Under the pieces are notes generated by a model. It saw nothing but the letters and a program-made list of their open reading frames with translations. It was not told where the DNA came from and made no database searches. Below, piece after piece: positions 17,903 to 26,540 of a DNA stretch of 44,668 nucleotides. A program made the position numbers and the translations under genes. The stretch spans positions 1-44,668 of the forward strand of contig DAPQ01000002.1 in NCBI GenBank assembly GCA_002502175.1, read 5' to 3'. This DNA comes from Euryarchaeota archaeon UBA19 (GTDB taxonomy: Archaea; Thermoplasmatota; Poseidoniia; Poseidoniales; Thalassarchaeaceae). Every line of letters begins with the position of its first letter. The stretch's first letter is position 1.

Positions 17903-17967
17903 ACGGTTATGCTTATGACCGTATTTTCGGTGGCGAACTCTGCCGGTCCCTACGGGACCGTCAGGTG
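17903..17967 (+). promoter_or_regulatory. Putative nuo operon promoter/leader with two inverted repeats and an RBS
   Basis: ACGGTTAT-gctt-ATGACCGT (17903-17922) overlaps TTATGA. CGGTCCC-tac-GGGACCG lies at 17944-17960. AGGTG lies at 17963-17967, before ATG 17974. Confidence 0.45.
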
Positions 17968-17973
17968 TCAGCG

Positions 17974-18420
17974 ATGTCGACGGTTCCAGAAGCGTATCTT
18001 GCCCTAGCCGTGATGACCCTTGTTGGCATAGGATTCCCAGTGATGAGTTTCGTCGCTTCTCGCTTCCTAAGGCCAACACCGAGCGCTCATGATAACAACA
18101 AGTTGCGCTCGATTTTACTCCCGGGTTATGAGACTGATCAGAGCCTATACGTCAGGAGAGAAAGCACTTACGAGTGCGGTGCGGATCCAGTGGGTGACGC
18201 TCATATCAATTTCCACTTCCAATACTATTGGTATGCCATTATCTTCCTTGTATTCGATATAGCATTCATGTTCCTAGCATTTGGAGGAGTAATAGCGATT
18301 CAAGATGCTGGTGGAGACATCGATATTTGGTCAGCGATGATTACCCTAACCGTATTCATCGTCTTGATGAGTCTTGGTGTATGGCACGTATTCCGCAAGC
18401 GCGGTCGAATTTACATCTGA
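17974..18420 (+). CDS. nuoA: Complex I-like subunit A
   Basis: STYECG, YYWYAIIFLVFD, three TM helices. Confidence 0.93.
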   Translation: MSTVPEAYLALAVMTLVGIGFPVMSFVASRFLRPTPSAHDNNKLRSILLPGYETDQSLYVRRESTYECGADPVGDAHINFHFQYYWYAIIFLVFDIAFMFLAFGGVIAIQDAGGDIDIWSAMITLTVFIVLMSLGVWHVFRKRGRIYI

Positions 18421-18429
18421 GGTGATTGA

Positions 18430-19026
18430 ATGAGCGAAGAACCCCCAAACTTCTCGGTTTTCAATAGTAGAATTCTCGTCGACACTGTAGGCGATGTAAC
18501 CGACGAGGCTCTCAAGGCTAGTCGAATGAAGGAAGTAATCGGAGTACTTGGGGGTCGCCTATTCAACTGGGGTCAGCGAAAGTCCCTCTTCCCTCTCCAT
18601 CTTGGAATCAAATGCTGTGCCTTGGAAATGGCAGCTGCAGGAGCCAGTCGATTCGATGCAGAGCGATTTGGTGTGTTCTTCCGCTCTAGTCCTAGGCAGT
18701 GTGATGTTCTATTGGTCAATGGGCCAATTTCGAAGAAGTTTGCAGATCCAATTGTACGACTCTGGGAGCAAATGCCAGAGCCCAAATGGTGTATCGCAAT
18801 GGGCGAGTGTGCAATATCGGGTGGGCCATACTTCCAGTCTTACAATATTCTCGAGGGTGTTGATACAGTAATTCCGGTTGATGTGTATATTCCAGGATGC
18901 CCTCCACGCCCAGAGGCATTGATTGATGGCTTTGGGAAATTGCGTGAGAAGATTATCCGCATCGGTGGAGTGCCTAGTGAAGTTCGACCGATGAGCGAGG
19001 CACCGCTAATCGTCGGAGACGAGTGA
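18430..19026 (+). CDS. nuoB: Complex I-like subunit B (N2 cluster)
   Basis: CCALEM, SPRQCD, QMPEPKW, GECA, YIPGCPPRPEA. Confidence 0.97.
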   Translation: MSEEPPNFSVFNSRILVDTVGDVTDEALKASRMKEVIGVLGGRLFNWGQRKSLFPLHLGIKCCALEMAAAGASRFDAERFGVFFRSSPRQCDVLLVNGPISKKFADPIVRLWEQMPEPKWCIAMGECAISGGPYFQSYNILEGVDTVIPVDVYIPGCPPRPEALIDGFGKLREKIIRIGGVPSEVRPMSEAPLIVGDE

Positions 19027-19039
19027 AGGAGGATTTTGA

Positions 19040-19696
19040 ATGGGTAAGAAAATCTCGGCAGCGGCTCAGCAGAAGGCAGCTGAGGAATTAGCAAAGGCAA
19101 TGTCGTCCTTCGATGGAGTCTCTGCTGAAATCGATAGTCGCTCAAGCGGAACACAAGTTCGCCATACAGTAAGTGCAACCTGTACTCCTGATTCATGGAG
19201 AGGGTTAGCGCGAATGCTTGCATCCGAGCATCACGTTGACCATTGTTCAATGATTACCGGAATCCACTGGCCAGAGGCTGCCGGTAAGACATGGGAGGTT
19301 GTCTATCACCTAATGCGAACTGGAGTTCGAGATCCGGCATCAATAGAAGGTGTAGTGCAACCAAATATCACCGATGCGGAGTCCCTAACTGGCTCAGAAA
19401 TTCCAATGGAGATTCAAATTAGCATTTCATTACCTGATACACGAGAACCGGCTGTTGCATCTGTTCAAGACCTATGGGTTGGAGCAGATTGGAATGAGAA
19501 AGAAACTTGGGATCTTGTTGGAATCGACTTTGAGGGTCATGAAGGAATGCGCCGCGTTCTCAATCCCCATGAAACTCCAGTAGGATATCATCCACTACAG
19601 AAGCAACACAAGTTGCGCTACCATGGATTCGAAGAAATGTACGATGACGCTCAAGGATTCCTGAGGAAACCAGCTGATGCCGGGAAGAAGAAGTAA
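19040..19696 (+). CDS. nuoC: Complex I-like subunit C
   Basis: ADWNEKETWDLVGIDFEGH...HPLQK; operon position. Confidence 0.92.
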   Translation: MGKKISAAAQQKAAEELAKAMSSFDGVSAEIDSRSSGTQVRHTVSATCTPDSWRGLARMLASEHHVDHCSMITGIHWPEAAGKTWEVVYHLMRTGVRDPASIEGVVQPNITDAESLTGSEIPMEIQISISLPDTREPAVASVQDLWVGADWNEKETWDLVGIDFEGHEGMRRVLNPHETPVGYHPLQKQHKLRYHGFEEMYDDAQGFLRKPADAGKKK

Positions 19697-19708
19697 GAGG
19701 GGATTCAG

Positions 19709-20845
19709 ATGGCAGAAATGTGGATTTCAATGGGTCCTCAGCATCCAATGACACATGGTCTTTGGACTCTGAAAGTAAAGATTGATGGAGAAACTGTAGT
19801 CGATACAGAACCCGACCTTGGGTACATACATCGCGGTGTTGAGAAGATCTGCGAGGCTCGTGATTTTACTCAAATTACAACTTACTGTGATAGATTGTGT
19901 TACGCTAGCGCAAACACTTGGTCACATTCCTACATCTATGCAGCTGAGGATTTACTGGGTGTCGAGGTTCCAGAAAGAGCTGAATACATCCGTTTGATTG
20001 CTGTAGAGATACAGAGGATAGCAAGCCATCTAATGTGGCTTGGTGCATATGGCCCAGATATCGGAAATCTCTCGGTTTTGGTTTGGTGCCTGCGCGAGCG
20101 CGAATTAATGATGGATTTGCTACAGGAATTGGGTGGTTCCCGAATGCATTACAACTTTCCTAGAATTGGCGGAGTTAAACGCGATTTACCCTATGGATTT
20201 TCTCAACGTGCTCAAGCAAAACTCAAACTTTTTTTGAATAGAATACAAGAATATGAAGCTCTCTTTGATGAGAGCACTGTTTTCCTTGTTAGAAGCCAAG
20301 GTGTAGGCTACGCTAAGCCAGAAGAAATGATCAATCACGGAGTAACAGGGCCAAACGTAAGAGCGGCGGGAGTTGATTACGACATTCGCTGGTCTCATCC
20401 ATACTCTGTTTACAGCGAACTCGACTGGCAACCATCCGTTGAGCGCCCTTCAATCAAGGGTGCTGACTGCTATGACCGATATCGGATTCGTGTAGAAGAA
20501 ATGCGGATGAGCGCATCAATGGTACTTCAGGCCCTGGATAAGATGCCAGGAGGTTCCGAGACATATCATGAGCCCGGTGATCCAAAGATTCTCGCAAAGG
20601 CCCCCTCAAGGGCACCGGAGGGGACTTACGGCAGTCACCACTTTGAAGATAGTCGAGGCGAATCGATGTTCTATATCGCAGGTGGAGGAGAAGGTCGAGG
20701 CAAGATGCCTTATCGAGTTTCAATTCGTTCACCAATGTTCATCACAATTCCTTACGCTTCAAAGTGTATGATTGGCTACAAAGTGGCCGACATCCCTGCT
20801 ATTATGGGTTCATTCGATCCATGCATTGGAGAAACCGACAGGTGA
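19709..20845 (+). CDS. nuoD: Complex I-like subunit D
   Basis: GPQHPMTHG, GYIHRGVEK, DRLCY, RIASHL, C-terminal GETDR. Confidence 0.96.
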   Translation: MAEMWISMGPQHPMTHGLWTLKVKIDGETVVDTEPDLGYIHRGVEKICEARDFTQITTYCDRLCYASANTWSHSYIYAAEDLLGVEVPERAEYIRLIAVEIQRIASHLMWLGAYGPDIGNLSVLVWCLRERELMMDLLQELGGSRMHYNFPRIGGVKRDLPYGFSQRAQAKLKLFLNRIQEYEALFDESTVFLVRSQGVGYAKPEEMINHGVTGPNVRAAGVDYDIRWSHPYSVYSELDWQPSVERPSIKGADCYDRYRIRVEEMRMSASMVLQALDKMPGGSETYHEPGDPKILAKAPSRAPEGTYGSHHFEDSRGESMFYIAGGGEGRGKMPYRVSIRSPMFITIPYASKCMIGYKVADIPAIMGSFDPCIGETDR

Positions 20846-20851
20846 TTTACT

Positions 20852-22393
20852 ATGGCTGGGACTAGTGATTGGTTAGACATCCGAGGATGGATGGAATCTA
20901 TCGTTGGATGGTCAATGGATCAAGTGCATGACTTATTGCCTTCAAGTGATATCGGATTAGGTCCAATCGGGTCAATCAACCCCCAGAGTGGATTCAGCAA
21001 CATCCAAGGGGCATTGGAAACATTCCTATTCACTACAATCATGTGTACGATTGTCTTTGCAACAATGATGCTTACATTGATGGTTGTCCCTTACATTGAG
21101 CGCAAATTCATTGCAAGATTGATGGATCGATTGGGTGCAACAACTAGCCTTCGAAGTTTATGGATTGGTGAAGGGCATACAACTGCAGGCCAATGGTGGA
21201 ATCAACTACCCTTTGGTATTGGTGCACCAATCGGATGGATTAATGGAATTTTAAATTCAACATTTGGAAACAAATCAAAGCATGTTGCTGTAGATCGCGT
21301 TCACAATAGAGGTTACCACGGAATTTGGTTCCTATTCCCTGGATTCTTCCAGGCATTAGCTGATTTCCTCAAGTTCGCGACCAAGGAACATATGGTACCA
21401 ACCAAGGCTGATAGATTAGTATTCGAAGCCGCCCCAGTAATCATAATTGCAACTACGATCATGGTTTACGCTTTCATCCCATTTGGGCCTCATATTTGGG
21501 CTGCTAACCCAGAGTTATCATTGGTATTCATGATGGCAGTGTTTGGCGTCGCTCCACTTGGTGTATTCTTTGCTGGATGGTCGTCCAACAACAAATATAC
21601 TCTCATCGGAGGAATGAGGTCTGCAGCTCAACTCACAGCCTATGAAATACCTCTGTTGATTAGTGTATTAGCAATTGCAGTTATTTCAGGTTCTTTCAAT
21701 ATTCTGGAAATAGTCGATTTTCAAATTGAGACAAGTAATACTTGGAATCTGTTCATTATGCCGTTAGGAGCTGCATTATTCCTAATCACAATGATCGCCG
21801 AAGTTGAGCGTATTCCATTCGATATGCCTGAGGCAGAGGCCGAATTGGTTGAAGGTTGGTGGACAGAATATGGTGGAATCCGTTGGGGACTTATGTTCGC
21901 AGTAGAAATGATGCGAGCTTATGCTGCTTGCATCCTCTTTGCATTATTCTTCCTAGGCGGCTGGCAATTACCATTTGAGGACACTTTAGTCGGTCTGCCA
22001 TATATCGGTGTCGTATTTGACTTGTTAGCAAATGCTACGCCAGGAATGGTAGTTCTACTACTCAAGGCCTACCTAATGTTCGCTTTCTTTGTCTGGGTTC
22101 GTGCCTCACTACATCGTGTACGCACAGATCAAATTCTTGAATTTGGATGGCGCTGGTTACTTCCTGCTTCAATGGTCAACCTTGCAATAGCAATTTGGCT
22201 CCGTCTTGAGGTATGGGATAGTACAGTATCTGGAGGCTGGCCAGTTTGGGCAGTACCTGTATTGTTCGGCTCTTTCATTATCGCATTCATCGTACTTGCA
22301 TTAGACGAGGATGAGGAGACGCTGGAACTTAATCGCAGAATGTATCATACTCAGACCCTGGAAAAGGCTAGCCCAGGTACACACAGAGATTAG
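20852..22393 (+). CDS. nuoH: Complex I-like subunit H (enlarged, 513 aa)
   Basis: ERKFIAR, GWSSNNKY..GGMRSAAQ..AYE, RIPFDMPEAEAELVEGWWTEY, RVRTDQ. Confidence 0.95.
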   Translation: MAGTSDWLDIRGWMESIVGWSMDQVHDLLPSSDIGLGPIGSINPQSGFSNIQGALETFLFTTIMCTIVFATMMLTLMVVPYIERKFIARLMDRLGATTSLRSLWIGEGHTTAGQWWNQLPFGIGAPIGWINGILNSTFGNKSKHVAVDRVHNRGYHGIWFLFPGFFQALADFLKFATKEHMVPTKADRLVFEAAPVIIIATTIMVYAFIPFGPHIWAANPELSLVFMMAVFGVAPLGVFFAGWSSNNKYTLIGGMRSAAQLTAYEIPLLISVLAIAVISGSFNILEIVDFQIETSNTWNLFIMPLGAALFLITMIAEVERIPFDMPEAEAELVEGWWTEYGGIRWGLMFAVEMMRAYAACILFALFFLGGWQLPFEDTLVGLPYIGVVFDLLANATPGMVVLLLKAYLMFAFFVWVRASLHRVRTDQILEFGWRWLLPASMVNLAIAIWLRLEVWDSTVSGGWPVWAVPVLFGSFIIAFIVLALDEDEETLELNRRMYHTQTLEKASPGTHRD

Positions 22394-22408
22394 ATCGGAG
22401 GTGAATAA

Positions 22409-23392
22409 ATGGATAAACCACAACAGTACAACACAGGACACCCACACGCAACTCCAAATTTTCGCAATCTGATAATCAAGCCGATGTGGATGACGATGAA
22501 GACGGCATTACGAACCGTACCTTTCCTTGGTCGCCTTGGGTTATTGAAGAACAACTATCATGGTCAACAAATTACCATGACCGATGATTTTACCCAAGCA
22601 AGAATTGGTGATGAACATCTTTCAGGAGGTCACACATATTCTGCCGATAGAGAGTCCACTGATTTACTTCCATTCCTAGAAAGACCAGTCACTGTGATGT
22701 ATCCTTACGAAAGACTTGAAGATATGGAACCGTGGCTGTTTGTACCTGGAGATTACAATGGCAGAATCGGAATTGTTTGGGAAACTTGTACCGCTTGTAA
22801 GGCATGCGTAAAGGCTTGTCCAAACGATTGTCTTCACATGACTTCAGAGGTACGAGTGAATGTGCTTGACCTTACCGAGGAAGGAGATGAGTGGCACGGT
22901 TATGGTTCTGAAGTGGAGGCAGGTGGGTACGCTGCAAAGCCCAAGGATGAATTTACAGAAATCGAGGAGTTCGATTTAGTAAATGAGCACTCAGCAGCTC
23001 CACAGCAATACGACTTTGCTGAGGTAATCGACATCACAGGAGACACAGCTACTGTTAGATGGATGGATGGTTCAGGAATCGAAGATATCTCAACTACAGA
23101 ACTAAAACCGGCTGAGACTGATATCGTCAGTGGTCGGATAGATATCGGCCGATGCATGTTCTGCGGATTATGTGCAGAAGCATGCCCATTCGAATCATTC
23201 TTCATGACCAATGAGTATGATGGAATGTCTGGTTATTCTAGGGAGGACCTATGGTTTGATGCAGATAGGACTCGTGTACTTCCAGCCGTCCATCAAGAGA
23301 GAGTGGATATGGAACTTGCCAAGCGCGCGAAGAAAGAGAAGAATAAGCGCGAAAGAAAGGCAGCTAGAGCTGCCAAGGATGCGGAGGCTTGA
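22409..23392 (+). CDS. nuoI: Complex I-like subunit I (2x[4Fe-4S]) with large insertion
   Basis: VTVMYPYE, CTACKACVKACP and CMFCGLCAEACP; operon position. Confidence 0.92.
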   Translation: MDKPQQYNTGHPHATPNFRNLIIKPMWMTMKTALRTVPFLGRLGLLKNNYHGQQITMTDDFTQARIGDEHLSGGHTYSADRESTDLLPFLERPVTVMYPYERLEDMEPWLFVPGDYNGRIGIVWETCTACKACVKACPNDCLHMTSEVRVNVLDLTEEGDEWHGYGSEVEAGGYAAKPKDEFTEIEEFDLVNEHSAAPQQYDFAEVIDITGDTATVRWMDGSGIEDISTTELKPAETDIVSGRIDIGRCMFCGLCAEACPFESFFMTNEYDGMSGYSREDLWFDADRTRVLPAVHQERVDMELAKRAKKEKNKRERKAARAAKDAEA

Positions 23393-23397
23393 TTCGA

Positions 23398-23667
23398 ATG
23401 GCTGTGGATTTCGAGGCAGTAGCGTTCGTCATTATGGCGCTTGTTGCTATCCTCGGAGCCTTGGGTTGTGTCTATGCAAGGAGAGTAGCACATTCTCTTC
23501 TCTCGCTAATGATGACCTTCTTCGCCGTTGCAGGAGTAATGGTATTGGCTCACGCCGAGATGTTGGCGGCAATTCAGATTCTTGTTTACCTTGGTTCGGT
23601 AATGCTGGTGGTACAGTTCGGAGTTATGTTAACTCGACGCCAAATACAGGAAGGTGATGTTGAATGA
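23398..23667 (+). CDS. nuoJ: Complex I-like subunit J, N-terminal half (J1)
   Basis: AEMLAAIQILVYLGSVMLV; three TM helices. Confidence 0.9.
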   Translation: MAVDFEAVAFVIMALVAILGALGCVYARRVAHSLLSLMMTFFAVAGVMVLAHAEMLAAIQILVYLGSVMLVVQFGVMLTRRQIQEGDVE

Positions 23668-23930
23668 GGTCAATGGGAATCATTGCCCGCTTAGGGGTAT
23701 TCGCTTTCGTCCTAATTCTTCTAAGAGAAGTGATGGATCATCCAATGTGGGGAGAATCGGCTGCCGGCGCTCCAACCACACTCGAATTTGCAGTATCAAT
23801 ACTCGATGATTGGGCACTTGTCACAGTTGTTCTCGGAATATTACTCTCGATGGCGATGATTGGCGCATCTTACCTAGTTCGTGACGAGCGCCTCGTCAAC
23901 CTGCTCTATGACATGGGAGGTGATGAGTGA
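23664..23930 (+). CDS. nuoJ: Complex I-like subunit J, C-terminal half (J2)
   Basis: LGILLSMAMIGASYL matches the last NuoJ helix. ATGA overlap with J1 and GGAAGGTGA RBS. Confidence 0.8.
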   Translation: MRSMGIIARLGVFAFVLILLREVMDHPMWGESAAGAPTTLEFAVSILDDWALVTVVLGILLSMAMIGASYLVRDERLVNLLYDMGGDE

Positions 23931-24232
23931 TGATTGAGGCAAGCTGGATCGCCGGTCTTGGTGTCATTCTCTTTGGTATCGGATTAATCGGAGCGTTCAG
24001 CCGAAAGAATGCCATCGTCGTTTTGATGTGCATAGAGGTCATGCTGAATGCAGCTAATCTCAACTTCGTAGCCGGGGCCTTGCATCATGGCTCGGTAGAC
24101 GGATGGGTATTCACTGCTGTTGCAATCGCAATCGCTGCCGCAGAAGTTGCAATCGGGCTTGCAATTCTACTTTCCTTGTACAGTACACAGGAAACAATTT
24201 CGCTCGATGAGGCGACTTTATTGAGAAATTGA
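23927..24232 (+). CDS. nuoK: Complex I-like subunit K
   Basis: LMCIEVMLNAANLNFV, AAAEVAIGLAI. Confidence 0.96.
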   Translation: MMIEASWIAGLGVILFGIGLIGAFSRKNAIVVLMCIEVMLNAANLNFVAGALHHGSVDGWVFTAVAIAIAAAEVAIGLAILLSLYSTQETISLDEATLLRN

Positions 24233-24233
24233 G

Positions 24234-26540
24234 GTGATGAAACTGGGAGAAAACAAGCAGGAGTGGGATAGACTACTCTTCATTTTGCCGTTTTTGGCAA
24301 TCGTACCATATCTCTACAGCACTGGAGAATCGTCAACCGATTATTGGTGGCTAATTATCGCCGCACCTTTGGTATTCTTCGCAACGATTGCCATCGCAGG
24401 TCAGGTTTGGAACGGTGATGAATTCTGGGTAAATCGCTTGAAGGAAGGTGGAATCTTAGGACTTGGAGCACTCAGTGTATCTCTTTCCGCTTCGATTTGG
24501 CTGATTTACGATTATCTCGATGCTCACGGTCATATTGAATCTGGAGATCCATTCAGTTGGTTGACCTTCGATGTACTAACCTACGACTCGGAGGGTTGGT
24601 CGATTGCCTCTGAAGGATTTAGTGGAATCGGACTAGGGATATACCTTGATGCAGTTAGCATAATGCTACTATTTGTTGCCACTTTCCTCTGCTTCCTCAT
24701 CTGTTGGTTCGCAATCGGATACATGACCACCGATTCAATCAATGATAACTCAAACCATCGATTCTTCGCCGAGTTCGTTCTATTCAGCATGGGTATGTTT
24801 GGAATGGTCTTGGCAGACAACTTCCTTTGGTTATTCATCTTCTGGGAAATAATGGGTCTTTGTTCCTATCTTCTTATCGGATTCTACTACTGGAAGGAAA
24901 GTGCTGCATACGCTGCAAAGAAGGCTTTCCTAACAACTCGCGTTGGTGATGTATTCCTAATGATTGGACTACTAATGCTCTATGACATATACGGCTCTCT
25001 AGACTTCGCTGTTGTCTTTGATGATCCATCCACAGGTGTAGGTGGAGCAGCGGTGGATGCTGCTATGTTGCAAACTGCACTACTGATGCTATTCATTGGA
25101 GCTGTAGGTAAGTCTGCTCAGTTCCCATTACACGTATGGTTACCAGATGCGATGGAAGGACCAACTCCCGTATCGGCTCTTATCCACGCTGCGACCATGG
25201 TTAACGCTGGATTGTATCTAGTCGCTCGAATGGTGCCATTCGTCGATGTTCACCATCATGGTGTGGCAGGAATGGAAGACCTGGGTCTGATCGTTGCATG
25301 GGTCGGTGGAATTACTGCCTTTATGGCCGCAGCAATCGCCTTTGTGCAGAATGATATCAAGAAAGTGTTAGCATATTCCACGATGAGTCAATTGGCCTAC
25401 ATATTTACAGGACTAGGAGCAGCACTTTGGTTCTTCAATAACGACAAGCATCACGCAGGGGCTCTAATCTTCGGCGGTGCTCTATTCCATCTCTTCAATC
25501 ACGCCATGGCAAAGGGAATGCTGTTCATGGCAAGCGGCTCAGTAATCCACGAAGTTCACCATGCTCACGACCATTTGCATCATGGAGATCATGGAGATCA
25601 TGACTTCGACCCTCAAGATATGCGCAATATGGGCGGCTTGGCGAGCAAACTACCCGTAACAGCAACAGCGATGATGTTCGGGTCGATGTCAATTATTGGA
25701 ATTCCATTAATCGGTGGATTCTGGTCAAAGGAAATCATCGTTGGAAAGACATGGTATGCCTACTTCAACGGAGCAGACGCATTGCTTGGACCAGCTATAC
25801 TAATCCTAGCAACTGCCGGTATGACCGGCTTCTACATGTCACGAATGTGGTTCATGACCTTCGCGGGCGAGCCAAAGAATGAACTTGTAGACCACGTCCA
25901 TGAAGAGACTCCTTGGATCAAGACACCTCTTGTAATTCTCTCAATTATTACCGCCCTAGGCGGATTCGGACTTGCCCTCTATGGAATGGTAGATTGGCTA
26001 TCAGGAGAGGCTGACCACCTATCTATTCACAAGGACACATTCGTTGATCAGGTGATTTACGAACTAGAGCATGCATTCCTACCTGAGGACGAACAAGTCC
26101 GAATGATTGGCTGGACCACTATCCTGCTTTCATTCATCGTTGGCCCAATTTTTGCCGCACGAGTATATGGTGGTTCACTCAAGGAAGGCGAGAAAGCAAC
26201 ACCAATAGTTCACTGGCTAACCAGCCTATCTGGTAAGTTTGGTAGCCAGAATGTCGATGAATTAGCAAACTCACAATTTGCCGAGGCACTACAGAACCGT
26301 CTGTATTTCGATGACCTATACGAGTGGGTTCTAGGAAAGACCATTCTTCCATTCTCGGCTTTCGCCGCTTGGTTCGATGCCAATGTAATCGATGGAGTAG
26401 TCAAGCAGATTGAATCCAATTCTGTTTTCGGTTCCGTACAAATTCGCAGAGTAACAACGGGTAGTGCCCGCGACTACATTCTGATGGCTGCTGTAGGGGC
26501 ATTGTGTATATTCGCTCTAATTTGGGGGGTGAGCGCTTGA
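24234..26540 (+). CDS. nuoL: Complex I-like antiporter subunit L
   Basis: FWEIMGLCSYLLIGF, GKSAQFPLHVWLPDAMEGPTPVSALIHAATMV, IKKVLAYSTMSQL. Confidence 0.97.
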   Translation: MMKLGENKQEWDRLLFILPFLAIVPYLYSTGESSTDYWWLIIAAPLVFFATIAIAGQVWNGDEFWVNRLKEGGILGLGALSVSLSASIWLIYDYLDAHGHIESGDPFSWLTFDVLTYDSEGWSIASEGFSGIGLGIYLDAVSIMLLFVATFLCFLICWFAIGYMTTDSINDNSNHRFFAEFVLFSMGMFGMVLADNFLWLFIFWEIMGLCSYLLIGFYYWKESAAYAAKKAFLTTRVGDVFLMIGLLMLYDIYGSLDFAVVFDDPSTGVGGAAVDAAMLQTALLMLFIGAVGKSAQFPLHVWLPDAMEGPTPVSALIHAATMVNAGLYLVARMVPFVDVHHHGVAGMEDLGLIVAWVGGITAFMAAAIAFVQNDIKKVLAYSTMSQLAYIFTGLGAALWFFNNDKHHAGALIFGGALFHLFNHAMAKGMLFMASGSVIHEVHHAHDHLHHGDHGDHDFDPQDMRNMGGLASKLPVTATAMMFGSMSIIGIPLIGGFWSKEIIVGKTWYAYFNGADALLGPAILILATAGMTGFYMSRMWFMTFAGEPKNELVDHVHEETPWIKTPLVILSIITALGGFGLALYGMVDWLSGEADHLSIHKDTFVDQVIYELEHAFLPEDEQVRMIGWTTILLSFIVGPIFAARVYGGSLKEGEKATPIVHWLTSLSGKFGSQNVDELANSQFAEALQNRLYFDDLYEWVLGKTILPFSAFAAWFDANVIDGVVKQIESNSVFGSVQIRRVTTGSARDYILMAAVGALCIFALIWGVSA

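Noticed and set aside
19709-20845. [NiFe]-hydrogenase large subunit
   Set aside because: Neither CxxC motif is complete, quinone-site residues are present, and there are no maturation genes.
23398-23930. nuoJ as a frameshifted pseudogene
   Set aside because: There is a clean ATGA overlap with an RBS, and split J1/J2 is known in archaea.
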